Below are positions 12,408-24,536 of a stretch of 64,000 nt of DNA, in pieces. The notes beneath the pieces were generated by a model, which did no database searches, was not told where the DNA came from, and saw nothing but the letters and a program-made list of their open reading frames with translations. Each line of letters begins with the position of its first letter. The stretch's first letter is position 1. The DNA is taken from contig NMRA01000103.1 of NCBI GenBank assembly GCA_002633005.1, positions 527,612 through 591,611 on the forward strand, read 5' to 3'. Made by a program: the position numbers and the translations under genes. The stretch comes from Phoronis australis (lineage: Eukaryota; Animalia; Phoronida).

Positions 12408-15400
12408 TTTTTTTTTTTTTTTTTTTTTTTTTAATATTGAGATATTTATTAACTCAACCAACCAGTACATAGTTGTGCGACAATATGACATCTAGATTAG
12501 TGTACATCAGACAAATTACGAACATTATCGGACCCTATAGAAGCTAGTTAGGCAAAAAAGACCACCTTGCTTGGAATCTCTCAAGATCCAATTTATCATT
12601 GTAAATAATTTTTTCCAGGTTGTAGTAATCATATACCTCACGTAAAAATGACTGAAAATTGGGCTTAGTCTTTTGTAATCTTTGTCTATATAAATGGAAT
12701 TTCGCTAAGCAAAGAATTAAATTTACAGCTTCTAATCTACAGGCTGGATCTCCAAACAAGGCGGAAGACATATTTAACTGCAGAGGGAAATTGCACTGAT
12801 TTATCATCCATGTTCTTAAACATCTCCAAAACTTCTGAACAAGTGAACATTCCCAGTACAAATGTAGAATTGTTTCTTCATGTTGCTCACAGAAAGAACA
12901 TAAAGACGATTCACTAACACCTATTTTCTTTAAATAAGAGTTTGTACCAATAATTCTGTGGTTGATACGGAATTGAAACCATCTGAGTCTGACATCAGAA
13001 GTACAATGATAAATTACAGAATGAATTTTTTTCCAAGATTGAGTTTCATCACATAAGTTAATTTCTCTCTCCCACTTCAATTCTGCGACAGGTTTTACAT
13101 ATAATTTAGAAATAAATACTTCATAGATTTTCCCAGTCCCTTTATTTTCCGAGGAGATTCGAAAAATATGTTCTGGAAAATGTGGAGTGACTACAGTACT
13201 CTTATCTCTTAGATGATTCCAAGAACGAAGTATTGAACTTCGAATTCCATAAAAATGAGTAATACAAGGACAAAACTGAAAACGTTTACAAAAGGTATGA
13301 TAATCATAAATATATCCCTTATCAGGGTCAATTAAATCGTATACGTACCGTATACCCTTTTGAAACCACTCGTTCCAAAAAATTGGATTGCTGTCTATAC
13401 AGATTTTGGGGTTATACCACAAAGGTTGGTACAAAGGATCCTCTATCTCACAAAGATTGATAAATTCGTATAAGATATGGAAAATATCCTTCCAAAAAAT
13501 ATTTTTAGTACGGTTAGATACTTCAAGGAAAAAACAAGAACCTAACTGAAAAGAGTCATTTTTTATATTAGGAATAATTTCACATAAAATATTTAGCCAA
13601 AGAGAAGTATTGTTATAATAATTTTTCAAGAATCTTCGAATCCAAGTCAGTTTAATAGCTTTGACAAATGACGCAATATGAACCATATTCCCACCTCCAA
13701 CTTCAGATTTCTGCACCATGGTTTTTCTAGAGATTCTATCAGAAGAGGTACCCCAAATAAAATTAAAGAATAGTTTTTCAATGTCCTTAAAAAAAGTAGC
13801 ACTTGGAAGAGGAAGTGTGTAAAAGAGGTGAATCAGTTTTGGTAATAAGAAAGATTTGACAACCGTTATCTTACCAAAGGTAGACAAATTTCTTTTTGAC
13901 CAATTTCCAATGCCTTTTCTAACCTCATTTAATTTTACATCGTAGTTTAAGTGAATCATGTCCTGTAAGTTGACAGAGAAGGTAATTCCAAGAGATGTGA
14001 ACTGGGAACTTTCCCATTTTAAATCTTTTTCACAACAAAGCCTATCACCACAACATATCTTAGAACCAATCCATATACAAACAGTTTTATCGATATTGGG
14101 TGTCAAACCAGAATACTTAGCAAACTGATCAAGAAGGTTAAGTGAAGATTTTAAAGAGGCCTCTGAACCATCTAGAAAGAGGACCGTGTCATCCGCATAT
14201 TGCATTAATTTATACTCTAAAGAGCCTACTTTTACGCCTTTAACATTCTCACATTGCCTCAACATAGATGCCATAATTTCGGCACACAACAAAAAAAGAT
14301 AAGGTGAAAGGGGATCCCCTTGTCTGCAACCTCGGCAAATGTTAAAGTAGTTGGACGTAAAGCCATACTGAATGACCGAAAGTTGGACACTTTCATTGAG
14401 TATTGTGAACCACCGAATAATATCGTCACCAAAATTGAAATAGTGTAGAACTTTCTTAAGAAATCTCCAGGACACAGAATCAAAGGCTTTTTCAAAATCA
14501 ATTAATACCAGAAGTCCGGGAATATCCTTAACTTGAGTATATTGTAAGATGTCATAAATCACTCTGGTGTTCTCTCCCATAAAGCGACCTGGGAGAAACC
14601 CAGTTTGATTAGGATGAATTAACTTATTTAAAACAGATTTTATCCTTTGTGCAATACATGCTGATAATAGTTTATAACTTGAATTTAGTAAGGAGATTGG
14701 TCTCCAGTTTTTAATGTATTCACGTGGTTTCTTGCCCTTAGGAATCAAAGTAATGACACCTTGACGCATAGTGGTAGGGAGACGGCCGGTTCGAAAACTG
14801 TAATTAAAAGATTTGATCAAAAATGGCGACAATTCTTTCCAAAAAAATTTGTAAAACTCTACAGGAAAACCATCAGTCCCCGGAGTTTTGTCATTTTTCA
14901 TACATTTAAGGACAGTCGCAGCTTCAGTATATGTTATTGGTCCTTCTAGTTTTTCTTTCAGGTCGGCGTCCAGTTTAGACATATTTTCAGGGGTCACCAA
15001 GTCCTCCAACTCATATTGGAGAGAGTCATTTTCTTTCGCTGCATATAAATTTGCATAGAATTTTTCGATTGCACGCAGTATAGCTTTTTGGTTCATCAAG
15101 CTTCGTCCAGTCTCGTCTATAAGTTTGTGGACATTCTTGTTCACGTAATTGCGTTTTTCTAAGTTACTAAAATATTTGGACGGTTTTTCACCATCCTCGA
15201 TCCATTTTGCCCGAGATCTCAGCATCATGCCTTTCACTTTGTCCTTTCTAATATATTCGTAATCTTTCTGTAAATCTGAATAAATTTCAAGGAGCAGAGC
15301 AGAATTACTGTTGCACATCATTTCTCTAAGAAGACTTAATTGCTCCTCTAAATTCTTTTCATGTCGATGCTTTTCTTTTTTCTTGAAAGCTGAATAAGAC

Positions 15401-15530
15401 AAAGTATAATTTCTAATATTCAGTAGAATCATCTCAAGAAGAAGAGAGTCGTCTATAGTGGACTGACCGTCTGACAAATTGGAGACATTATCATGAGATA
15501 AATATTCCTTCTCGGTTTTAACTATGATGT
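12408..15530 (-). mobile_element. 5'-truncated L1/Tx1 retrotransposon with intact RT and C-terminal zinc knuckle
   Basis: Poly(A) seen as a T-run at 12408-12432, AATAAA at 12445-12450 (-), and TSD CTGAGGTGGG at 12398-12407 and 15531-15540. The uninterrupted ORF has QYADD and CSFCEQHEETILHLYWEC. The APE endonuclease domain is missing. Confidence 0.95.
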
Positions 15531-15618
15531 CTGAGGTGGGTTGGTCATGGGCGTGGTCTGGGATGATGCTGCAGCCTGAGGTGGGTTGGTCATGTTGGAC
15601 TGTTTGCTCAAGTTTCAT
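12544..15618 (-). CDS. Chimeric ORF: 29 flank-derived codons plus truncated L1/Tx1 ORF2 (RT, zf-RVT), 1024 aa from the first ATG
   Basis: The ATG at 15618 lies outside the TSD and is in frame with ORF2, with no stop until 12544. Expression is unknown. Confidence 0.7.
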   Translation of the reverse strand: MKLEQTVQHDQPTSGCSIIPDHAHDQPTSDIIVKTEKEYLSHDNVSNLSDGQSTIDDSLLLEMILLNIRNYTLSYSAFKKKEKHRHEKNLEEQLSLLREMMCNSNSALLLEIYSDLQKDYEYIRKDKVKGMMLRSRAKWIEDGEKPSKYFSNLEKRNYVNKNVHKLIDETGRSLMNQKAILRAIEKFYANLYAAKENDSLQYELEDLVTPENMSKLDADLKEKLEGPITYTEAATVLKCMKNDKTPGTDGFPVEFYKFFWKELSPFLIKSFNYSFRTGRLPTTMRQGVITLIPKGKKPREYIKNWRPISLLNSSYKLLSACIAQRIKSVLNKLIHPNQTGFLPGRFMGENTRVIYDILQYTQVKDIPGLLVLIDFEKAFDSVSWRFLKKVLHYFNFGDDIIRWFTILNESVQLSVIQYGFTSNYFNICRGCRQGDPLSPYLFLLCAEIMASMLRQCENVKGVKVGSLEYKLMQYADDTVLFLDGSEASLKSSLNLLDQFAKYSGLTPNIDKTVCIWIGSKICCGDRLCCEKDLKWESSQFTSLGITFSVNLQDMIHLNYDVKLNEVRKGIGNWSKRNLSTFGKITVVKSFLLPKLIHLFYTLPLPSATFFKDIEKLFFNFIWGTSSDRISRKTMVQKSEVGGGNMVHIASFVKAIKLTWIRRFLKNYYNNTSLWLNILCEIIPNIKNDSFQLGSCFFLEVSNRTKNIFWKDIFHILYEFINLCEIEDPLYQPLWYNPKICIDSNPIFWNEWFQKGIRYVYDLIDPDKGYIYDYHTFCKRFQFCPCITHFYGIRSSILRSWNHLRDKSTVVTPHFPEHIFRISSENKGTGKIYEVFISKLYVKPVAELKWEREINLCDETQSWKKIHSVIYHCTSDVRLRWFQFRINHRIIGTNSYLKKIGVSESSLCSFCEQHEETILHLYWECSLVQKFWRCLRTWMINQCNFPLQLNMSSALFGDPACRLEAVNLILCLAKFHLYRQRLQKTKPNFQSFLREVYDYYNLEKIIYNDKLDLERFQARWSFLPN

Positions 15619-16269
15619 AGCGGATTGCACTCTATTAATTCTAAATGAAACTCTAGTCCCGCAGTAGCTATGGTCAACTACGCTGCGGTTTTGTCAGGAC
15701 TCGGATCTCTCGTCTCTCGTCCACCAGCTCTCGCCTACGAAGCAACATTTGGTTTATTCAGGACTGTGCAAACTGGACACTTGGTGAAGTTCTCAACCTC
15801 CGGCTTGTAACGTTGTTTTTTTGTTCACTTGACATAATGCTTTCTCTCTTGTTTCAAAACTCTGATATTGTTTCTACTGCACTGTGGTACGTACAGTAGC
15901 GGCCGTAACCCTTTTTTCAAACAAGTCTCATTGAACACACGGCTTTACTTGAAATTCCCAGTGATTTCGCCTGTCTGTTATGAGGGGTCTGAGCCAGGTC
16001 CCAAATAGGGACTCAACTGAGGTCCCTAAATTTAATGCATGCTTGTGGACTAGTGAAAACACTGAATGTCCTTCCTTATATTGTTTTAGTTTCATTGCTA
16101 CCGTAAGTCAATTTTTGGCTTTGATACAAAGCGAGGGTGATTTCGACGTTGAATTCTCAATGTCATTAAAAATAAGCAGGAATCTTTTGATGCAAGTGGG
16201 TGACAATCCGCCACAGATGCAGCAGACTGCCTGTTTTGTAAAGATCTTTAATTTACCCTTTTGCAAGTG

Positions 16270-16430
16270 AAATTGATCTTTAATGGACCCGTATAAATGA
16301 ACCCGTTTAGAAAATAGAAATAACTTTGATGGACCCGTTTTGTAAATGAAATGATCTTTAATGGACCCGTTTAGAAAATGAAATTAATCTTTAATGGACC
16401 CGTTTTAAAATGAAATGATTATAATGCACC
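16270..16430. repeat. Degenerate ~30-bp tandem repeat
   Basis: Recurrent ATCTTTAATGGACCCGTTT(A/T)...AAATGAAAT units, about 5 copies. Confidence 0.8.
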
Positions 16431-18284
16431 AGCAGTTTTGTAAAAGATCGTCGGCAAATTGTCCAAGAAATAAAATCACGGATAACACAAACATTTGTTA
16501 TCTTGGACGAGGTGTGACATCAATTATTAAATTTGGGTCTTCAACTATCAATCGTCATGACAGTCGTTTCAACAGAAATTTGTCATTAGATGATTGTTGG
16601 CTTCCTCTCGTGGTGTCGAACCTGATATTTGTTCTCTGTAGCGCTGTAAGTGACTAAGCACTTCGAAAATTATTACCTAGTCATGGACTCAGTCAATCTT
16701 AATCACTCTTATCTCAGCTCCCCGGGAGCAGAAAAAAGGCGCTGAAGTATCAAGCATGTAAACCAACTTCAGAATGACAGTTTCTGCCAAAGAAATTCTA
16801 AGCTTTTTAAAATGTCACCATTTCTTACAAAATTCAAATGTTTTATACAAAGTTTTATTGTTACCGTACATGCGCGTATGTAGACACACGCGCCTACATC
16901 GAACCTGCGCATTTCCCTTACACGTGAACCATGCGTGAAATTGATGCCACGTTGTAACCCATCATTTAAAAAATACGCAATGATTCTTCCTGTCAAGGAC
17001 ACACGCTCGCCGGCTCAGTATGCCTATATGACTGCTGTATGTGTACATGTACTAACGTTTGCTTTTCATGTGGAAGTTGTTGGCGAATGCTAACACCTGT
17101 TGGGAATTTCCAAAAATTTTAAACCCCTTAAACTGTGCTTCCTGACAACCTGCTGTATACGCGGAACTGCTCGCGATGAACTGTTGCACACGGAAACGAT
17201 CTTTTCTTTCCGATCATGAACGAAGGACCCACAATCGCCTTTTCCAATATAAGGACGACATAATGAAATACGCCTTGTCACTAGATGGAGATGGACAAGT
17301 TGTTGGTCGGCGCTCTGTGCTTTTGAATGGGGCATTTATTGCGATGAGAATTCCCAACCTCTTTATAAATTCTTTGCGCTCGTTATGTCGTCAAATTGCA
17401 ACTGCCGATCGTGGTATAACCAAACGATTCACACGAAACTGTCCAACTTCTCAACAAGTCCATGCAGCAAACGTGCGGCATGTTGACTGACTCGGAAACA
17501 AACGCAAATGACGTCCCAACTTATCACAACCGAGGTAAAATAATGACTGACTCCACAGCTCACACAGTCAGACTATATGAAAACAAAATAGCGGGAAATT
17601 CTAAACCCCAAAACGTCACTTCCGGAATAGGGCATGACTAGTTAATTAAATTAACTGAAAAAACGTCTGGGATAATCAAAGAATCGTATTTTTACTAAAA
17701 ATGACGTGAAAAGACTTGTATGCCGAAAGTTCTCGATCTGAGCTCTGTTTGAGGTGAACGTAAATTGACGTGAATAAATCTTAAAACACCGATCTCTATT
17801 GTCATCCTCGACTAGGTAGACTGAAAAATCAATTATAAGTGAGCAATGTCTCATCATCTGTAAAATTCTTCAGTTACACCTTTAGCACACACTCCTATAA
17901 GCAATGAGCTATATTTATATCATTGTTCTTACGGGGATGGTTGCATTTTTACCCCCAGAGCTCCAGGAAAGCGTTGTCGACTCAACACAAGCCTCAGGCT
18001 TCAGTCTCTCACATGCCCAAGGCTGATTCATTGTTGAGAGTTGGCGAAGATTAATTTAAAGAATACTAAGCCTCGCTTGTGACTTCAACCAATCCTCGCT
18101 CTGTCACCTGCTAACCATGGCGTGATAAAAGCAGAATGCAATCAAAAACTTGGTTCTTGGTGAGTGGTCTTTCCCTATCGCCGAAAACCTAAGTCACGCT
18201 TCCTCGTTTAGCAAGAGTTTGAAAGGAATCTTCGAAGCATTTGAGGGTTGTCGAGGCCGGGTTACAGGGGATTATTAATTTATT

Positions 18285-19207
18285 TCTTTATGAGAATCCT
18301 AACAACCTCAGGCCCTGGAAAGGCAGATGCCACAGTCTCAAATAGCTCTACAGTCAACTGCAACAGAAGAAGTCGTGCCCGGCACCATGACAAGACTTAA
18401 GAAGATTTTTTGGGCGCTGGTTTTTCTAAACATAGTAAGTTTTGCTTAATTGCAACCCAGTTGTGTTTATGCCTTCTTGATTTTTAGATTTCAACTAAAA
18501 TAGCGGACTATTTGGCGGATTGAGATTAAATGTGGTAGAAATAGAGAATCCTACACGAGTCTCAAAAACCTCTTGGAAATTTCCAAGACTAGGTTTTGCC
18601 CATATCGTCATCTGAGACGAGTGCAGGATTTGTTTTCTCACATGAACTGTAAAAACGAGCTTTTTTGCTGAACAACTCGACGTGTCTAAAACTTTCAACC
18701 ACACGACGCACCTTTAGTGAAAACACGCTTCGCAAAGTAAAGTAATTCAGTTATGTTTTGTTAGTAGGTTTTTTAAGCTTAACAATTGTAAATTGCATTC
18801 AGCTTTCGTAGCAAATATTCAAGTTAGAATCTAATAAATAGTCTTTGAAGTTGTATTATTAAAACTTAAAAAATATAAATAAATAACAGTCAGCAAGGCT
18901 TCCTCGCGCGTGAGCACTGAATTGACCATTAGAAAGCACAGCTAGACAGTCTCGCCGCGTTTGAGTTGGGCTCGTCTCCGTTTAAATCAACGTGGATATG
19001 GAATTCGCCGCCAAAGATGGGTCCATTTAAGAAGTTTTTTGCATGTCCTTCTGACTGGGAGTACGTACAGTTGCTACACTCGATTTGTCAGTCACATAGG
19101 CGGATTTAGGGGGGCCCATACCCCCCCTCCCTTGGCTGCCGCAAAAAACAGCAAGAGCGTAGGGAGATATTGAGTTTATTAATTAACCCCGGTAATCAAC
19201 ATTATAC
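18285..19207 (+). repeat. ~920-bp direct duplication of 21050-21943, ending at a single-N contig join
   Basis: High identity over the whole block (the ORF track shows paired 69-aa and ~70-82-aa ORFs). It stops at N19208, inside the start of a hAT MITE. Confidence 0.9.
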
Positions 19208-19361
19208 NCTACTGTTCAACAACATGTTTTTGCAATACACAAGACCACATGCATATGAGTCATATTTCATAGAACTGTTTGGCAAAACTTATATAATAAA
19301 CCATTCTAACTAATTGTGCCATATAAGGCAAGTGTAGTTCCAGTACAAATCACAATACTAT

Positions 19362-19911
19362 TACACTTGGTTCCCACACGGCTGCCATCAGGTTTGCTTC
19401 GCCGTACAGCGCGAACCCACTGTTTTCGAAGTGATTCATCCTTAGGAAACCTACCACAAGAAATATGAAAAAATGGAAGACACAAAAGACATAACAAATG
19501 ACTGATAAGACCAGACGAGGGGGTTAGGAATCCCTGCTTTACACACCCACCAGGTCACCAGGATCCATGCTTGGAAATATTAAGTCAAACAGACCCATGC
19601 CCAGATTTGCTAAGTTGGCTATGTCTTCATAACATTAACGATGACATAATTACTTGTGAAATGTGATTTTACAACGAATTCAAAGAACATCTGACACTTT
19701 CAGGGTCCGCATATACAACTTCTGCCCAGTGCAACTTGAGATCGTTCATCATTATAAATCAATTTTGTGAACATTCAATCACAGTGGCGCACACCAAACA
19801 CTAACAGTAACAAGCACCACGAAACTATTACCTATGAAATGTGATATTTCGTTGCTTAGACTCTTCTGTCCTGGCATTTTTGCAGTTAAATGCTACACAA
19901 TACACGGGCAT
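19362..19911 (-). pseudogene. Spliced THAP-domain relic (two exons: 19911-19832 and 19450-~19362), probably transposase-derived
   Basis: MPVYCVAFNCKNARTEESKQRNITFH-R|FPKDESLRKQWVRAVRRSKPDGS, with a GT-AG phase-2 intron at the usual H-R|F-P position. It then frameshifts (WEPS in another frame) and is truncated before the C-x-x-H. Confidence 0.8.
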
Positions 19912-20334
19912 GACGCCCCACTATCGTCCATCAGCAAGATGGCGGACCACTTCGCACAACGAAAACCACGTGATGTCAACTCTAGTTATATATCTCATTG
20001 GTCTAGATCACATTATTTACTTTCTTCACAATTGTGGTGCATTGCTATCAAACGTCGTTGTTAAAATACGATCATATTTCAGAAAATTATGCTGAAACGC
20101 CAGTGCGAAATCTCGCCGACAGATGCGTAGCTGCCTCGCGCAATCGTCGATAGGGCAACTAGATGTTTGGGGTGTAAGGGTGCGATTGTGTTCACTCTCA
20201 ATGGGTCCTTTTGACTTTAAATACGCCAATTATGATTAATTAAATAATTTCTCTTAAAAATCATGCAAAAGATTTTACGGTATTAGAAACTTTCGGAAAT
20301 AATTGCCAATATTCATTTCTTGCCGATGCTATGT

Positions 20335-20855
20335 TACCCGTTTCACGAATATATAGGTCCCGACTAAATGTGTTTGATGACAGCCGATAATTCTTGGCCG
20401 CGTGCTAACTCTGGTCAAATTTTTTTTATTAGCCTTCGATTCACGGTTTTCACGTGTACAAAAATATTGGATTCCTGTTGAGGCAGAAGATCTGTGCCAG
20501 AATGATACAATGCAATCCCGCTGACAAGTACGCTGCGTCTGTTTTCAAAGTCCAGACCATAGTGGGACACATTCCTCGCAAGAGCAGCAAAACTTTTGCG
20601 TTCTTTTTGAACCGCAGCGTAAGTTTGAAGTGTCTAGCCACAGCTAAATACTGACGTAACGGCGAGGCTGGTGGTCGACAAATTCAAGACTGTTGGATCT
20701 TGTTGATAAATTGGAGACGTTGCTGTAGAATGTTTGAATTGTGGGTAAAGCATTTTTCGCATGTAGTTCATGGGCTGGGCGCTTACTTAAGCGACGTATG
20801 AAAACGCTTGGGGGCACCTATATAGGGGCATGGGAGCTTATTTGGGCGAATAGTG
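20335..20855 (+). mobile_element. DNA transposon relic carrying a HIRAN-like domain fragment
   Basis: NPADKYAASVFKVQTIVGHIPRKSSKTFAFFL...C.AT...GG.QI..C resembles the HIRAN-like ORF of invertebrate DNA transposons. The right end has GGGGCACCTAT/GGGAGCTTATTTGGGCGAATA subterminal motifs typical of pogo/Tc1-like ends. Confidence 0.55.
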
Positions 20856-21839
20856 ACAGAATTACAAACAGCAGCGTAGTTTAATGCACACAAATCACAT
20901 TTCGTGCAAACCAATAGGCCATGCGTTCATCAATCCCAGTAGCCTTTGCGCACCCTAATTTCCGGACATGTGCAATCGTAAAATCGATTCATTCCATTCT
21001 GTGTCGTCGTCATGATGACGCTCCCTTTTCTCAAAGCAACTGACCTGAGTCTTTATGAGAATCCTTACAACCTCAGGTCCTGGAAAGGCAGATGTCACAG
21101 TCTCAAATGGCTCTACAGTCAACTGCAACAGAAGAAGTCGTGCCCCGCACCATGACAAGACCTAAGAAGATTCTTGGGGCGCTGGTTTTTCTAAACATAG
21201 TAAGTTTTGCTTAATTGCAACTCAGTTGTGTTTATGCCTTCTTGATTTTTAGATTTCAACTAAAATAGCGGACTATTTGGCGGATTGAGATTAAATGTGG
21301 TAGAAATAGAGAATCCTACACGAGTCTCAAAAACCTCTTGGAAATTTCCAAGACTTGGTTTTGCCCATGTCGTCATCTGAGACGAGTGTAGGATTTGTTT
21401 TCTCACATGAACTGTAAAAACGAGCTTTTTTGCTGCAAAACTCGACATGTCTAACACTTTCAACCACACGACGCACCATTAGTGAAAACACGCTTCGCAA
21501 AGTAAAGTAATTCAGTTATGTTCTGTTAGTAGATTTTTTTAAGCTTAACAATTGTAAATTGCATTCAGCTTTCGTAGCAAATATTCAAGTTAGAATCTAA
21601 TCAATAGTTTTTGAAGTTGTAATATTAAAACTTAAAAAACATAGATAAATAACAGTCAGCAAGGCTTCCTCGCGCGTGAGAACTGAATTGACCATGAGAA
21701 AGCACAGCTAGACAGTCTCGCCGCGTTTCTTGAGTTGGGCTCGTCTCCGTCGCCGCCAAAGATGGGTCCGTTTAAGAAGTTTTTTGCATGTCCTTCTGAC
21801 TGGGAGTACGTACAGTTGCTACACTCGATTTGTCAGTCA

Positions 21840-23067
21840 CGCGGATTTAGGGGGGCCCAGACCCCCCCTTGGCTGCCGCAAAAAACAGCAAGAGCCTGGG
21901 GAGATATTGAGTTTATTAATTAACCCCGGTAATCAACATTATACGTCTGAAACAGGATTTAAATGTGTGCAGTTTTAGTGTGTTTGGGGGAGGCTCAGAT
22001 CCAATTTCAAGTGTCAGATTCGGACAACCGGCGCAATCGTAATGGAACTATGGCTGCGTAATGCAGAATGGAGAATCTTGAACAAGCACCTTGGCTTGCA
22101 TTCCGTTGCGGCTGATGTCACACGGACGGTGTAAAATTAGCCACTGGTCATGAGAGTTCATGAACCAGAAAGTGTATGTCCCTGATCGGAGTGGCGACGG
22201 TATTTGTGTGGAAAATAAATCTTTGTGTTCGACGTTGAATCAACTCTTTGTTTGAAACCCCTTTTGTAATAATTATTCATAACTATTATAAGAATTAAGA
22301 TGAAAGCGTTCAGAAAATCTAAGCTGTCAGGTTACTCGGCATAAATGCGGGTAAAATATATGAATGTGACCATGGTGACTAGCTGCGGCATATAAGTCGG
22401 TCAAATAAACCCATTTTTTCTCTTCAATCGTCTAGTTTTTCAGCGAACTTATTGGTCAGTACTTGTCGCAACGCTCACCCGATAAACTTCATATAATGAA
22501 TTATTTCACCATGCAGTAAATCGGCAATTTCAAGGACATAAGTCTTAGTTGGACTCGGGCCAACACGACTGAGTGAGTGCTCCCATTGACACCAGGTGAA
22601 TTAGGATAATGAAAATTAATCCTTTATGTCAAAAATGCATAAAGAGCTTTGACAATTCACTTTTAGGTGTTACACAATTTCTCGTGGTATTGAGATTAAA
22701 CATTCTGTCGGGCCATTTTTTGGTGAGAAGTTTGTGTCGTGCCTATCTAGTTGTGTTATTCTGCTTTTTCAGTTACTGAGGTGTAATTCATATTCCAATT
22801 TGTAGCCTACATGTTGCAAATCTTTGAGGGGCATTAGTCTCAATTGACTTTGCCGGCCACCGACCGCACCGGCCAGCTTTTAAAGCGGCTATAAACCGGG
22901 CCCACTTTCCTCCCGAGATTTTGGCACCTCACCAACCCAGCATAATTTTTAATTGGGTTGAAATCCAACCACCCATATTTTTAATTATTCCTGAATTATA
23001 CATGATGTATATGTTAGGTTTAATTCTTTTTAGATATTTNNNNNNNNNNNNNNNNNNNNNNNNNNNN

Positions 23068-23134
<67 letters not shown>

Positions 23135-23138
23135 ATAC

Positions 23139-23175
<37 letters not shown>

Positions 23176-23886
23176 CAAGTATCAATTTAAGGATCTGAAC
23201 ACAGCTACTAGCATGAGCATGGCCATGATTAATAACAGCTGACAGTATAAACAAAGAGTGGAAATGGCATATATACGACCGGGAGTGGCGCTGGGCACTA
23301 CGACTCCGTTTCCGTCGTCTGCTCCACTGTACAGTGAAGAAAATTACTACATTTTGTTAAAGAAAACGGAATCTGACTGACGATGAAAAAAACAGAAACT
23401 GCTGGTAATATGTAAATTTTATTCGAAGCCTCAGTGAATCACTCAGAAACTCATAATTCTCTCTTTGTCAAACCTTAAACTTAAGACGATTTCCAGAGCA
23501 GTCGCGTCATTAATGCCAATACAAGAAACATATTTGATCTTTTGGGCAATTGAAGACTATTTTAAATACAAAAAAATTTGTTACGAACTGACTGTACAAA
23601 ATATAAAACATGTAATAAGTAAACGCTGTGGACCATAAAGACGTAGGACTCTTGGTATCATGGTGGTGGTGCAGGGTAAAGCACGCGCGCTGTAGGCCTA
23701 TAGGGCAGGTCGTGAGTTCGAGTTCGTGGTAATTACATTGCAATTTGCCAGTTTCTTTAGAGGAAAAAAACAAAATATTTTCCGACCTCCCCCCATTTGG
23801 TGCTATGCGCATCTACGGTCGTGCTTTGCACATTTCGTTTACACACAAAATGTTGCCCCCCTTATGATATCCTAGATCCGCCACTG
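21840..23886 (-). mobile_element. Second copy of the 5-bp-TSD hAT-like element, inverted, with a different nested insertion and (TA)n
   Basis: Ends GCGGATTTAGGGGGG and CCTAGATCCGCCACTG, with flanks AGTCA/AGTTA. Aligns to 8303-8727 and 10075-10611. Confidence 0.8.
23068..23175. repeat. (TA)n / (TACATA) microsatellite next to an assembly gap
   Basis: Direct observation. Confidence 0.98.
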
Positions 23887-24536
23887 AGTTATAACCTTGT
23901 CACCTTCTCGCAATTCCGCCATTCTTTGGTTGGCGTGCGTTTGGTTGTTTTAGTGTTTTGCAGACGATAAAATGTAAAGCGTATGAATTTCGACTTTGCA
24001 CTACTTTGTGATATCAAAGGTTTTATTCATCAGTCGTGTCGTAACACATTCCAGGTCATGTGAGAAATCTGACTACGCAATTTTTGAATGAGACAACTTC
24101 GAAGAATGATCTCAATTTGTTCATTAGTAATACTTGAAGTGATCTCTGAGCTTGAGAAGACAAATCCTGACAAAAGTACCATCTCGCAACGTCTACTACA
24201 GGGCTATTCACTTACCCCCGTGAGAGAATTTCCACAAAATCACAAAATTCACGATTCCTCAAATACGCGCCATAGAAAAACTCAGTAGTCACCATGAGTT
24301 TCTAATCTCCCTCCTCTTATGATAAATGAGCGCATGCGCTCGCAGTCATTCGACAAACTGATGACTTCAGGAACCGAGTTGGTGTCATGTCGTACTTTAG
24401 GACATCAACATTATATCATAACGCTTGGATTTATCACAACCTGTACAGTTACTTTTTAAATCACATTTAAAAAAAACGTGAGCCAATACATTTGTCTTTC
24501 CAGTGGCGGATCTACGGGGGAGTTCAGGGGGTTTAA

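Noticed and set aside
16769-17500. Coding-like stretch with several short ORFs
   Set aside because: No frame gave a motif I could assign, so it is left uncalled.
22921-23254. YI-repeat ORFs
   Set aside because: They are translations of a (TA)n microsatellite and an N gap.
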